Source: Acidobacteriota bacterium
GTDB taxonomy: Bacteria > Acidobacteriota > UBA6911
DNA: 64,000 bases
Assembly (NCBI GenBank): GCA_016934555.1
Contig: JAFGSS010000088.1
Coordinates: 430-64,429 of the forward strand
Direction: 5' to 3'
Under the pieces are notes generated by a model that saw nothing but the letters and a program-made list of their open reading frames with translations, was not told where the DNA came from and searched no databases. A program made the translations under genes and the position numbers. Below are positions 50,322-60,175 of the stretch, piece after piece (the stretch's first letter is position 1; every line of letters starts with the position of its first letter).

Positions 50322-52093
50322 CGCAAGAGGAACAGGTACTGGGGAAGGCGTACGACGCGAAACTGATGCGGAGGCTCCTCGGCTATATCGGACCGTACCG
50401 CCGAAGCGCGCTGGCGGCCGTCGTCTGCCTGATCCTGGGGTCCGGTTTCTCCATCGTCCAGCCCTACCTGACCAAGCTGGCCATCGACCGCTCGATCCAG
50501 AGCGGCGACGTCCGCACCCTCACCGGCATCGCCGCCCTCTACGCGGTGACCATCGTCCTGGTCTTCGCCCTGAGCTTCGCCCAGACGATGCTGATCAACC
50601 TGATGGGGCAGAAGATCATGCGGGACCTGCGCATGGAGATCTTCCGCCACCTGCAGAAACTGGAGTCGGCGTTTTTCGACCGCAACCCGGTCGGCCGCCT
50701 GATGACGCGGGTGACCTCCGACGTGGACTCACTCAACGAGCTTTTCACCTCCGGGGTCCTGTCGGTCTTCGACGACATCTTCACGCTGGCGGGCATCCTG
50801 GTCTTCCTGTTCGTGCTCCACTACAAGCTGGCGCTCGGCATTCTCTGCATCCTCCCCCTGCTCCTGGCGGTCACCCTCCTGTTCAAGATCAAGGTGCGCG
50901 ATTCCTACCGGCGCGTGCGCACGGCCATCGCCCGTATCAACACCTTCCTCCAGGAAAACATCACCGGCGCCGCCGTCGTCCAGATCTTCGGGCGGGAGGA
51001 GAAGCAGTACCGGCGCTTCACCGCCGTCAACCGCGACCACCTCGACGCCAACCTCCAGTCCATCTTCTACTACGCCCTGTTTCTGCCCCTGCTGGAGGTC
51101 GTCGGCGCGCTGGCCGTCGCCCTGATCGTCTGGTACGGAGGGCACCAGGTGCTGTCCGACGCGTTGACGCTGGGGACGCTGGTGGCCTTCATCCAGTATT
51201 CCGACCGCTTCTTCCGGCCGATATCGGACCTGAGCGAAAAATACACCATCCTGCAGTCCGCCATGGCCTCGTCGGAACGGATCTTCGGCCTGCTCGACAC
51301 CCCCCCCGCGATCGTTTCGCCCGCCCGCCCCGCGGCGCGGGCCGTCGCCCGGGGGAAGATCGAGTTCCGCGACGTGGGCTTCGCCTACCACCCGGGCGAA
51401 CCCGTGCTCCGGGGGATCTCCTTTGTCGTCGAGCCGGGCGAACAGGTCGCCGTCGTCGGGGCCACCGGGGCGGGCAAATCGACCCTCATCGCCCTCCTCA
51501 ACCGCTCCTACGACGTCGGCGAGGGGTCCCTGCTCGTCGACGACGTCGATGTCCGGGACCATGACCTGGCGGCCCTGCGCCGCTCGATCGGGATCGTGCT
51601 CCAGGACGTCTTCCTCTTTTCCGGAAGCGTCGTGGAGAACATCCGGCTGGGAAACCGCTCCATCACCGACCGCGACGCCGTCCGGGCCGCCCGGACCGTC
51701 CACGCGGACCCCTTCATCCGGCGCCTGGACGGGGGGTACGACTCCCGGCTCGGGGAACGGGGCGCCTCGCTTTCGGTCGGGCAGAAGCAGCTCCTCTCCT
51801 TCGCCCGCGCCCTCGCCTACGACCCGAAAATCCTGGTCCTGGACGAGGCCACCTCCAGCATCGACACGGAGACGGAACTGCTGATCCGGGACGCGCTCCG
51901 CACCCTCATGGCGGGCCGGACCTCGATCGTCATCGCCCACCGCCTCTCCACCGTGCAGAACGCCGACCGCATCCTGGTGCTGCACCACGGGAGGCTGTGC
52001 GAGACCGGCACCCACCAGGAGCTGCTCCATCGCAGGGGCATCTACTGGAAGCTCTACCAGCTGCAGTACCGCGACCAGTCCCCCGGCGCGTGA
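50318..52093 (+). CDS. ABC transporter permease/ATP-binding protein (partner half-transporter)
   Basis: Six-TM domain plus NBD (GATGAGKST, LSVGQKQLLSFARA, ILVLDEATSSID). ATGA overlap with the upstream half-transporter, so the pair probably forms a heterodimeric exporter. Confidence 0.9.
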   Translation: MTQEEQVLGKAYDAKLMRRLLGYIGPYRRSALAAVVCLILGSGFSIVQPYLTKLAIDRSIQSGDVRTLTGIAALYAVTIVLVFALSFAQTMLINLMGQKIMRDLRMEIFRHLQKLESAFFDRNPVGRLMTRVTSDVDSLNELFTSGVLSVFDDIFTLAGILVFLFVLHYKLALGILCILPLLLAVTLLFKIKVRDSYRRVRTAIARINTFLQENITGAAVVQIFGREEKQYRRFTAVNRDHLDANLQSIFYYALFLPLLEVVGALAVALIVWYGGHQVLSDALTLGTLVAFIQYSDRFFRPISDLSEKYTILQSAMASSERIFGLLDTPPAIVSPARPAARAVARGKIEFRDVGFAYHPGEPVLRGISFVVEPGEQVAVVGATGAGKSTLIALLNRSYDVGEGSLLVDDVDVRDHDLAALRRSIGIVLQDVFLFSGSVVENIRLGNRSITDRDAVRAARTVHADPFIRRLDGGYDSRLGERGASLSVGQKQLLSFARALAYDPKILVLDEATSSIDTETELLIRDALRTLMAGRTSIVIAHRLSTVQNADRILVLHHGRLCETGTHQELLHRRGIYWKLYQLQYRDQSPGA

Positions 52094-52099
52094 CCCCGG

Positions 52100-52807
52100 C
52101 TACCGGGCGAAGTGGGCGACAGGGTCGCTGATTTCGAGCGCCTCCCCGATATGGAACGCCTCCGCCCTCCTCTTCCCGACGAGGGTGCCGTACCAGGCGT
52201 GGATGCTGTCCACGCGCTCCAGGAAATCGGGCTGGCTCAGGTAGGTGTCCGGCCGGCGGCTCGCGGGGTCGTACAGCTGCGAGCGGTGGGCGGCGATGGC
52301 GGCCTCCCGGCGCCCGACCCAGTCTCCCACGTCGACGAGGAAGCTCGGCGCCACGTTCCACGGGAGCTTGAAGAAGAGGAGGACGGGCGGCCGGTAGCGC
52401 GCCTGCCCGGTCCGGATCCTGGCCAGCCCGGAGTGGTGCACCGCCTCGGCCACGAGCCGGCTGGTATGCACGTGATCCGGGTGCCGGTCCTCCCGGTAGT
52501 GGGTGGCGACGATCCGGGGGCGGTACTTGCGCAGCACCCGGATCACGGAGAGACGCGCGGCGTCCGTGACCGTGATCCGGCCGTCGGGAAGACCCAGGTT
52601 TTCCCTGACAGCCAGGCCGAGGATCCGGGCCGCTTCCCGGGCTTCCCGCCCGCGCACCGCGGCGGTTCCCCGCGTCCCCAGTTCCCCGCGCGACATATCC
52701 ACCACCCCCGTGGCATACCCGAGGTCGGAGAGTTTGGCCAGCGTCCCCCCGACGAAGAGCTCCGCATCGTCCGGATGCGCGCCGAATGCAAGGAAGTCCA
52801 ATTGCAT
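52100..52807 (-). CDS. PIG-L family deacetylase (LmbE/BshB-like)
   Basis: AHPDDAE zinc-binding motif, HPDH, 235 aa. Confidence 0.8.
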   Translation of the reverse strand: MQLDFLAFGAHPDDAELFVGGTLAKLSDLGYATGVVDMSRGELGTRGTAAVRGREAREAARILGLAVRENLGLPDGRITVTDAARLSVIRVLRKYRPRIVATHYREDRHPDHVHTSRLVAEAVHHSGLARIRTGQARYRPPVLLFFKLPWNVAPSFLVDVGDWVGRREAAIAAHRSQLYDPASRRPDTYLSQPDFLERVDSIHAWYGTLVGKRRAEAFHIGEALEISDPVAHFAR

Positions 52808-52810
52808 GGT

Positions 52811-53905
52811 TCAGTCCATTTCGATCAGTTGATGTTCAGGGCTCAGGATATCGAGCCGCTCCCGCAGCCGGCCGAGCCCCGCGGGCGAAAAGCGGAGCGG
52901 GATCCAGACGCCGCCGAACACCTCCTCCTGCGGCCTCCCGCCCGGAGCCAGCGCATGGCACGCCCGGCGTACCCGCCGCCGCGCCGCCGCCTCCTTCACC
53001 GCGACCGCCTCGAGGCATTGCCGCCGCACCTTGTCCAGCTGGTAGACGATCCTCCCCCGGCAGGAGTCCCGGAACTTCAAAAACCTCTCTCCCGCGCCGC
53101 CCGGCGGGCCCGGGCCGGAGAGGACCCGGAGCACCTCCCCGCGCAGTTCCTCGAGCCGCCCGGGGACCGTGGTGCGCATCCGCCCGAGGATGCGACCCAC
53201 GGCCGCTTCCTCCCCGGCGAAAAGATCGCCCGGCCCCAGGCCGTAACGCTCCAGGGTCCTGCGGCTGCGCGCGTCGAGAAGGGTCGCGCTCGCCCGGGGC
53301 CAGAGGACGGGCCCCTTCTCCCCAGGCCGCCCGGAGTCCGCACGCTCCAGGACGTCATCGAAACCGACCACCTCCACGACCGCCGGCAGCGCCGCGGCCG
53401 CCGACGATTCCAGGACGACGGCGTTCTCCTCCCCCAGCAGGCGCCCGAGCAGAAGCCCCGGCAGGCGCGCGCCCTCCCCCGGGGGGGGCACGCGGAGGAG
53501 CTCGGCCAGCAGCCCGAGCTCGGCGGGATCGATCGTCCGGATCACACCCCGCGAATCGACCAGGCGCGGCGTCGGCCGGCATCCGGCGCCGGGAGGATCG
53601 GGATGCAACCCGATCACGGCCGTCGACCGCCACCCCCGGGCGGAGAGCTCCGCGGCCACCCTGACCGCGGTCAGGCACTTCAACCATTCGGACACCGGGC
53701 CGCCCAGGGGGCCCGGGCGGATGTGGGCGGCCACGGCCAGCGCCCCATCGGGCAGGGGCCCGTCACCGGACGTCCGGTGCACACGGTCCACGCTCCGCCC
53801 GAACCGCGCCGGGTCGAAAGGATCCCCGGATGCCCGGAATCGGCGCACGAAATCGGTCCAGGCCCGGGGAATCCCGGGCACCTCCTCAAATCTCATCCGC
53901 CCCAT
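52811..53905 (-). CDS. hypothetical protein, translationally coupled upstream of the PIG-L deacetylase
   Basis: ~364 aa from the ATG at 53905 (or 53896). The listed ORF extends further upstream into tsaE. There is a 3-nt gap to the downstream deacetylase. The N-terminus (MRFEEVPGIPRAWTDFVRRF) is only weakly reminiscent of BshC-type proteins, and I do not assign it to a family. Confidence 0.45.
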   Translation of the reverse strand: MGRMRFEEVPGIPRAWTDFVRRFRASGDPFDPARFGRSVDRVHRTSGDGPLPDGALAVAAHIRPGPLGGPVSEWLKCLTAVRVAAELSARGWRSTAVIGLHPDPPGAGCRPTPRLVDSRGVIRTIDPAELGLLAELLRVPPPGEGARLPGLLLGRLLGEENAVVLESSAAAALPAVVEVVGFDDVLERADSGRPGEKGPVLWPRASATLLDARSRRTLERYGLGPGDLFAGEEAAVGRILGRMRTTVPGRLEELRGEVLRVLSGPGPPGGAGERFLKFRDSCRGRIVYQLDKVRRQCLEAVAVKEAAARRRVRRACHALAPGGRPQEEVFGGVWIPLRFSPAGLGRLRERLDILSPEHQLIEMD

Positions 53906-54383
53906 GCCTTGCGCGGCGCCCGCGTTTCCCGGATCGGGGAAACCGCACCCGCAGCAGCCGGGCGTCCCCGCCCCGGTCCTCGATGTCCACTTCCACCGCC
54001 CCGGGGAAGCCGCCCGACAATCGTTCGCTCCATTCCACCACGGTGACCCCGTCGCACCCGATGAAATCGCCGATCCCGATGGAGTAGATGTCCCTCGCAC
54101 CCTCGAGACGGTACAGGTCTACGTGGTAAACGGGACAGCGTCCTTCGTAGACATGGACCAGGGTGTAGGAGGGGCTGCTGACCTCGTCCGGGTCCCGCAC
54201 CCCCAGTTCCCGGGCGATCCCGCGCGTCAGCATCGTCTTCCCCATCCCGAGACCCCCGCGCAGAAGCACGACCCCGGGCAGCTCCAGGTGCCGGGCGATC
54301 CCGGCACCGATGCGCAGGGTGTCTTCCGGGGACCGGCTGAGATACTCCCCGGCGGCGGGGCCGGCCTTCCTGCGGACCTTCAT
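53886..54383 (-). CDS. tsaE: tRNA threonylcarbamoyladenosine biosynthesis protein TsaE
   Basis: Start MKVRRK (ATG 54383). P-loop GGLGMGKTMLTRGIA, and the SPSYTLV and VDLYRL motifs. Confidence 0.8.
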   Translation of the reverse strand: MKVRRKAGPAAGEYLSRSPEDTLRIGAGIARHLELPGVVLLRGGLGMGKTMLTRGIARELGVRDPDEVSSPSYTLVHVYEGRCPVYHVDLYRLEGARDIYSIGIGDFIGCDGVTVVEWSERLSGGFPGAVEVDIEDRGGDARLLRVRFPRSGKRGRRARHGADEI

Positions 54384-55963
54384 CGCCCGAGCACCCTCCC
54401 GAACGCCCCGGGAAGTGCGGAGAGGAGGTCGGTGGCCACCAGCGACTCCATCCCCTTCTCCTCCACCGCCAGGTCCCCTGCGAGACCATGGAGGTAGACC
54501 GCTGCCGCAATCCAGGGGGCGATATCCCCGGCCCCGGGGCCGGCAAGGTGCCAGGCGGCGGCGAACCGTCCGGCCATCCCCGCCAGGACATCCCCGGTCC
54601 CGCCCGTAGCCATCCCCGGGTTGCCCGTGGGGTTCAAAAAAAGCCCCCCGCCGGGGGCGGCGATGACGGTCTGGAACCCCTTGAGAATGACGTGGCACCG
54701 GTGGGCGCGCGCGTACTGCCGCGCCGTTCCGAGCCGGTCCCGCTGGACTTCGGCGACGGAGGTCCCCCCGAGGCGCGCCATCTCGCCGGGGTGCGGGGTC
54801 AGGATGACGGGCTCGGCGTTCCGGTTGCGGGGCGGGGTTTCGGACAGCGCGAAGGCGTTGATCCCGTCCGCGTCGAGCACCACCGGGACCGGTGAGCGCT
54901 CCGTCAGTTCCCGGGCCAGCTGCCGGGCCGCGGATTCGGTCGTCATCCCCGGGCCGAGGACCAGGGCGTCCGCGTCCCCGAGCCGCGCGAGCACGCGGTC
55001 CAGACCGGAGCGATCGAAGGTCCCCGCGGAGGTTTCCGGCAGGGGCTCCGTCATCAGCTCCGGAAACCGGCCGGCGGCCCCCGGAAGCGTCCCTTCGGGC
55101 AGCCAGAGCGTGACCAGCCCGGCCCCCGCGCGCAGCGCGCCGAGGCCCGCCATCAGCGCGGCCCCGCTCTTGCCCCGCGACCCCGCCACGACATGCACGT
55201 GCCCGAACGATCCCTTGTGGCCCTCGCGCGGGCGGGCGGGAAGGACCCGGCGTACCAGCGCTTCGTCCACCAGGTCGAGGAGGTAGTCCGGATGGTCGAA
55301 AAGGGCGGGAGGCGAACCGATCGGGGCCACGACCACGCGGCCGGCCAGGTCAGCGGCCGGCGGGAGGACGAGCGCGGGCTTCAGGGCGGAGAAGGTCACC
55401 GTCAGGTCGGCCCGGACCGCCGGGCCCGGAACCTCCCCGCGATCGGCCATCAGGCCCGAAGGGATGTCGACGGAGGCCACGAAAGCGTGGGCCGCAGCCC
55501 GGGCGACCCATTCCAGAACGGGCCTGAAATCGGCCCCGATCGGCTTGGACAGGCCGGTCCCGAACAGGGCGTCCACGATGACGTCGGGGAGCGGCCCCTT
55601 TTCGAGCATGGCCGCGGCCTCCGACGGCGCCGGGAAGACCTCGATCGGGAGGCCCATCGCGCGCACGATCTCGTAGTTCACCAGCGCGTCCCCCCCGAGC
55701 GCGGCGGGGTCGGCCATCAGGGCGATCCGGGGAGTCGCCCCGGCAAGCGCCAGGTGGCGCGCCACGACGAAACCGTCCCCACCGTTGTTCCCCCGGCCGC
55801 ACAGCACCCGGATGCGCTTCTCGGCGATCCCGGGAAGGGACCGCGTCAGCTCCTCGCAGAAGGAACGTCCGGCGTTTTCCATCAGCAGGATGGAGGGGAC
55901 GTGAAACCGTTCCGAAGTGAGCCGGTCCACCTCCCCCATCTGCGCCGCAGTCAGGATCTTCAT
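54380..55963 (-). CDS. nnr: bifunctional NAD(P)H-hydrate epimerase / ADP-dependent dehydratase (Nnr, YjeF)
   Basis: Start MKILTAAQMGEVD (ATG 55963). YjeF-N domain (GRGNNGGDGFVVAR) plus carbohydrate-kinase-like C-domain (GSFGHVHVVAGS, GTGDVLAG). The longer listed ORF is upstream read-through. Confidence 0.9.
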   Translation of the reverse strand: MKILTAAQMGEVDRLTSERFHVPSILLMENAGRSFCEELTRSLPGIAEKRIRVLCGRGNNGGDGFVVARHLALAGATPRIALMADPAALGGDALVNYEIVRAMGLPIEVFPAPSEAAAMLEKGPLPDVIVDALFGTGLSKPIGADFRPVLEWVARAAAHAFVASVDIPSGLMADRGEVPGPAVRADLTVTFSALKPALVLPPAADLAGRVVVAPIGSPPALFDHPDYLLDLVDEALVRRVLPARPREGHKGSFGHVHVVAGSRGKSGAALMAGLGALRAGAGLVTLWLPEGTLPGAAGRFPELMTEPLPETSAGTFDRSGLDRVLARLGDADALVLGPGMTTESAARQLARELTERSPVPVVLDADGINAFALSETPPRNRNAEPVILTPHPGEMARLGGTSVAEVQRDRLGTARQYARAHRCHVILKGFQTVIAAPGGGLFLNPTGNPGMATGGTGDVLAGMAGRFAAAWHLAGPGAGDIAPWIAAAVYLHGLAGDLAVEEKGMESLVATDLLSALPGAFGRVLGR

Positions 55964-56191
55964 ACTCCCCCCCCCTCCCGCCGCAGCGGGATCCGGGCGC
56001 CGCGGGCCGCCCCCAAAGGCAGGGCCCGGTTGACCCCCATCGGAAAAGATCTTACTATTTAAATGTTGAAACTCCGGCGGATCCGTGACGTCTATAGGTA
56101 TGGATGCCGTTCCAGGCCCGGCCGCGGGGACCGCACAGGGTAGGATAGCGGGCCCGGTCGCAGAAAACAACCGCCCCCAGCGGAGGATTTT

Positions 56192-57220
56192 ATGAAAAAC
56201 ATGTTCCCGAAATTGTCCGCGCTGATTCTGGCCGCGGCCCTGCTTTCCCTGCCGGCCGCCTGGGCCAGGAAGCACGAAAACGTCGAGGAGATCGGAAACC
56301 GGGACGTCACGGGGCGCGTGTGGAATGTCTTCCCCAACTGGGTCTCGCTCGAAAAGGAGATCGAGCTGGGCAAACAGGTGGCGGACGAGTTCGAGCAGAC
56401 CGCCCGGATCGTCGAGGACCCGGTCATCAGCGAGTATGTCGACCGGATCGGGCAGAACATCGTCAAGCACTCCGACGCCAAGCTCCCCTTCTACATCAAG
56501 GTCGTGGACACCGACGAGGTGAACGCCTTCGCCTTCCCCGGCGGGTTTTTCTACATCAACAAGGGCCTTCTCCTGGCGACGGCCAACGAGTCGGAACTGG
56601 CCGGGGTGATGGCCCACGAAATCTCGCACGTCACCGCGCGGCACGCGACGGTGCGCATGTCCAAGGCCCAGTACCTGCAGCTTGCGGCCATTCCCGCCCT
56701 TTTCGTCGGAGGCTACTGGGCGCAGATGGGGATTCAGAACGCCCTGGGCCTGGGGCTCAACCTGGAGCTGATGGGAATCACCCGGGAATCGGAGCGCGAG
56801 GCCGACCAGCTGGGGATCCAGTATCTCTGGAACGCGGGTTACGACCCGAACGGGTTCGTCTCCTTTTTCGAGAAACTGCAGCGGGAGGAAAAATCCAAGC
56901 CCGGCCGCCTGGCCGGCTGGTTCCGCACCCACCCCTCCACGGACGACCGGATCGTGGCCGCCCTGGACGAACAGCGCTATCTCCCCGAAAAGGACGCCTA
57001 CGTCGTGGACACCTCCGAATTCCAGCGGATCCAGGCCCGCCTCCGGTCGATAGACAACGCCCAGAAAGCCGAGGAGACGGAGGGGGCCCCGGAACAGAAA
57101 CGCCCCACCCTCAAGCGCCGGACCGAACAGGGGGAGGACCCCTCCACCGGCACCGGGGAGGAAGAGGAGTCCCCCGGCAGGAGCCGCCCGACCCTGAAGC
57201 GGGCGTCCGACCCGCAGTAG
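56192..57220 (+). CDS. M48-family metalloprotease (BepA/YfgC-like), periplasmic
   Basis: Signal peptide, HEISHVTARH zinc motif, and a C-terminal charged low-complexity tail. Confidence 0.85.
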   Translation: MKNMFPKLSALILAAALLSLPAAWARKHENVEEIGNRDVTGRVWNVFPNWVSLEKEIELGKQVADEFEQTARIVEDPVISEYVDRIGQNIVKHSDAKLPFYIKVVDTDEVNAFAFPGGFFYINKGLLLATANESELAGVMAHEISHVTARHATVRMSKAQYLQLAAIPALFVGGYWAQMGIQNALGLGLNLELMGITRESEREADQLGIQYLWNAGYDPNGFVSFFEKLQREEKSKPGRLAGWFRTHPSTDDRIVAALDEQRYLPEKDAYVVDTSEFQRIQARLRSIDNAQKAEETEGAPEQKRPTLKRRTEQGEDPSTGTGEEEESPGRSRPTLKRASDPQ

Positions 57221-57458
57221 ACGAAACGCCACCGGATGCCGGCGGCCTCCCGGGCCGCCGGCAAATCCGCCGCTGACGGTAAAATCCCTTTCATTCTCCC
57301 CCGTATGCTGTTAAATAGGAAGACTCCGCGCGCACAAGTTTTCGTCAAACGGCAGGTATTTGAAACAGTTTTTGCCGTCCGGTCGTATTGGTAGCTGTTA
57401 ACCCTCGTGCATCATGCGGGAAAGGCAGGAAAGCCATTATTTTTCGAAGGAGTCCGGT

Positions 57459-59207
57459 ATGAAAGTATGTTCCGCTGCGGCAAGGCGCGCCCTTTCCATC
57501 CTGGGCATGCTGGCCCTGGTTCTGGCATCCACCACACTTTCTTCCCCCGCCGTCATCGCCCAGGAATCGGCTTCACCGGGCAGTGAAGCGTCGACGGGGT
57601 CCGGTGCGGACGAGCTTCCCCCCCTCCCCCTGAGCCCGATCGAAACCGCCCAGAGGGACGGCACGGCGCTCCCGCTCTCGCTGAAGGACCTGACCAAGCT
57701 GGCGCTCGAGCAGAACCTCGATATCGCCATCTCGGACACGAACGAGCAGCTGCGCCAGCAGGCGATTCTGCAGCAGCACGGCAGCTACGACCCGCAGCTG
57801 ACGGCCCAGGTCGGGTTCAACTCCAGAAAGAACGCCAACACCACCCAGTACGACCGTTCCACGGAATCGTTCAACAAGAACGACAGCGCCTCGTGGAACT
57901 TCACCTTCCGGCAGCCGGTCAAGACGGGGGGCACCTTCCAGGCGACCTGGAACTCCAGCCGGTCGGAGAGCAACAGTACCGCCATGGTGTTCAACCCCAA
58001 CTACCAGAGTTCTTATAACCTGCAGTTCTCCCAGCCTTTGTGGCGCAACCTGCGGATCGATTCCAACCGCGCCAACCTCAAGCTGGCCAACCTCGACCTG
58101 ACCCTGACCGACAGCGAGTTCAAGCAGAAGGTCACCGACACGATCTCCAACATCCAGACCGCCTACTGGGACCTCGTGAGCGCGATCCGCAATTACGAGA
58201 TCCGGCGCAACTCGGTCAAGCTGGCCCAGATCAACCTCCGCGACAGCCGCAAGAAGGTGGAGGTCGGGACCTCCGCGCCCATCGACGTGACCGACGCCGA
58301 GGCCACGGCCGCCAGCCGCGAGGTGGACCTGATCTCGGCCGAGGAGACCATCCTGCGCGCACAGAACACCCTGCGCTCGCTCGTGTCCAACGACCGTAAC
58401 GCCGACATCTGGCGCAAGGTCATCGTCCCGACCGACCAGCCCGACTTCAAGGAATTCAAGGTCGACGTCGAGACCGCCATCAACACCGCGCTCCAGAACC
58501 GGCCGGAACTCCGGCAGGCCGACCTCAACCTGCAGCAGCTCGATATCCGCAAGCGCCTGAACCTGAACAACCGGAAATGGCAGTTCGACCTCACCGGACA
58601 GTTCGGCAGCACCGGCACGGCCGGCCCCCAGGGGTGCCAGAAAAACCAGTTCACCGGCGAATGCATCCTCGACCCGATCACCGGTCTTCCCACCCTGTTG
58701 ACCCCCCCGGCCCTGGTCGGCGGCATCGGCAACGCCTACAAGACGATGTGGACCGAGGGCTACACCAACTGGCAGCTGCAGCTGCAGGTGACCATTCCGC
58801 TGCGCAACCGCAGCATCGACGCCCAGATCGCCCAGCAGAACATCCAGAAGCGGCAGCAGCTGATGAACATCCGCAAGACGGAGCAGTCGATCCAGGTCGA
58901 GATCCGCAACGCCCTGCAGAGCCTCGAAACCAACCGCAAGCAGGTGGAGACTTCGGCCGTCGCCCGGCGCCTGGCGCAGGAACGGCTGGAAGGGGAGGAA
59001 AAGCGCTTCCAGGCGGGGCTCAGCCAGAACTACCTGGTGCTCCAGCGGCAGAACGAACTCTCCTCGGCCGAATACCAGGAACTGCAGGCCCTGATCCGCT
59101 ACAAGCAGGCGGTGGTCACGGTCCAGAAGGCGATGTACACCCTGCTCGAATCGAGCGATTTCGCGATCGCCAAGGGGAGCAGCGCCAACGTGCCCGACCT
59201 CAAGTAA
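57459..59207 (+). CDS. TolC-family outer membrane efflux protein
   Basis: Start MKVCSAAARR with a GAAGGAG RBS. Signal peptide, two OEP repeats, Asn/Gln/Ser-rich barrel segments, ~582 aa. Confidence 0.85.
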   Translation: MKVCSAAARRALSILGMLALVLASTTLSSPAVIAQESASPGSEASTGSGADELPPLPLSPIETAQRDGTALPLSLKDLTKLALEQNLDIAISDTNEQLRQQAILQQHGSYDPQLTAQVGFNSRKNANTTQYDRSTESFNKNDSASWNFTFRQPVKTGGTFQATWNSSRSESNSTAMVFNPNYQSSYNLQFSQPLWRNLRIDSNRANLKLANLDLTLTDSEFKQKVTDTISNIQTAYWDLVSAIRNYEIRRNSVKLAQINLRDSRKKVEVGTSAPIDVTDAEATAASREVDLISAEETILRAQNTLRSLVSNDRNADIWRKVIVPTDQPDFKEFKVDVETAINTALQNRPELRQADLNLQQLDIRKRLNLNNRKWQFDLTGQFGSTGTAGPQGCQKNQFTGECILDPITGLPTLLTPPALVGGIGNAYKTMWTEGYTNWQLQLQVTIPLRNRSIDAQIAQQNIQKRQQLMNIRKTEQSIQVEIRNALQSLETNRKQVETSAVARRLAQERLEGEEKRFQAGLSQNYLVLQRQNELSSAEYQELQALIRYKQAVVTVQKAMYTLLESSDFAIAKGSSANVPDLK

Positions 59208-59293
59208 CCTTTCCGCGGCGGGCGGGGACCCGTGCGTCCCCGCCCGCCGCAAATTTCCTTCCCCATTCCCCCCGGATCCTTTAGAATCTGCGC

Positions 59294-60127
59294 ATGCCGA
59301 TAGAGACCGTCGCCTATACCCTGCTGGGCCTGATCGTGGGAAGTTTCCTGAACGTCTGCATCTACCGCATCCCGCTGGGAAAATCGATCGTCTTCCCCGG
59401 TTCCGCCTGCCCCGATTGCGGCCGCCCGGTGCGCCCCTGGGACAATATCCCGGTGCTCTCGTATCTCCTCCTCGGGGGCAAATGCCGCGCCTGCCGCCGC
59501 CCGATCTCGCCCCGCTACCCGGCGGTCGAACTGCTCACCGCGCTCGCGTTCTTCGTCTCGATCCGTACCTGGGGCCTTTCCTCCCCCACCCTGGTCAACT
59601 CCCTCTTTCTCGCGGCCGTGATCGTCCTGGTCTTCACCGACTACGATCACCGCATCCTGCCCAACAAGATCACCCTCCCCGGGGCGGTGGCCGGGATCGT
59701 GCTGAGCCCGTGGCAGGAGCCCGCATTCTACATGGACACGGTTTCCGTGGCCGCCGCCTCCCTGCTCGGGAATGCCGCGCCCGCCGCCCTCCCCTGGATC
59801 GGGTCGGTGCTGGGGGCCGTCATCGGCGGGGGACTCCTGCTGGCCGTCGGTTTCGCCTATGAAAAACTCCGCCGGCGCCAGGGGCTCGGGATGGGGGACG
59901 TCAAGATGATGGCAATGGTGGGGGCCTTTCTCGGCTGGCCGCTGGCGCTGCTGACCATCTTCGCCGGCTCCCTGCTCGGCACCCTCCTGGGAATTTTCCT
60001 GATCCTTTTCCGCAAGTCAAACCTGCAGACCAAGCTCGCCTTCGGCGTGTTTCTGGGAGCCGCCTCGGCCCTCGCCCTCTTCCGGGGGCTGGACTTCCTC
60101 CGCTGGTACCTCCGCACGCCTCAGTAG
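59294..60127 (+). CDS. prepilin peptidase (A24 family, PilD/GspO-like)
   Basis: An N-terminal CxxC...CxxC zinc tetrad (CPDCGRP...CRACRRP), multiple TM helices, and catalytic Asp regions. Confidence 0.9.
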   Translation: MPIETVAYTLLGLIVGSFLNVCIYRIPLGKSIVFPGSACPDCGRPVRPWDNIPVLSYLLLGGKCRACRRPISPRYPAVELLTALAFFVSIRTWGLSSPTLVNSLFLAAVIVLVFTDYDHRILPNKITLPGAVAGIVLSPWQEPAFYMDTVSVAAASLLGNAAPAALPWIGSVLGAVIGGGLLLAVGFAYEKLRRRQGLGMGDVKMMAMVGAFLGWPLALLTIFAGSLLGTLLGIFLILFRKSNLQTKLAFGVFLGAASALALFRGLDFLRWYLRTPQ

Positions 60128-60175
60128 CGGAACGGAATTTTTTCGCTCAAAACCGCCCCGCCTCATTAGAAAGGG

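Noticed and set aside
52811-54100. Calling the gene upstream of the PIG-L deacetylase BshC
   Set aside because: Only a short N-terminal resemblance is visible, and the protein is far shorter than BshC (~540 aa). I left it as hypothetical, with the pathway idea recorded as a low-confidence finding.
55964-57232. N-terminal ~420 aa of the 950-aa minus-strand ORF 54380..57232
   Set aside because: Only the C-terminal 527 aa (from ATG 55963) form the Nnr/YjeF protein. The upstream part is antisense to the M48 protease gene and is low-complexity.
57573-59252. 559-aa minus-strand ORF
   Set aside because: Antisense shadow of the TolC-family gene.
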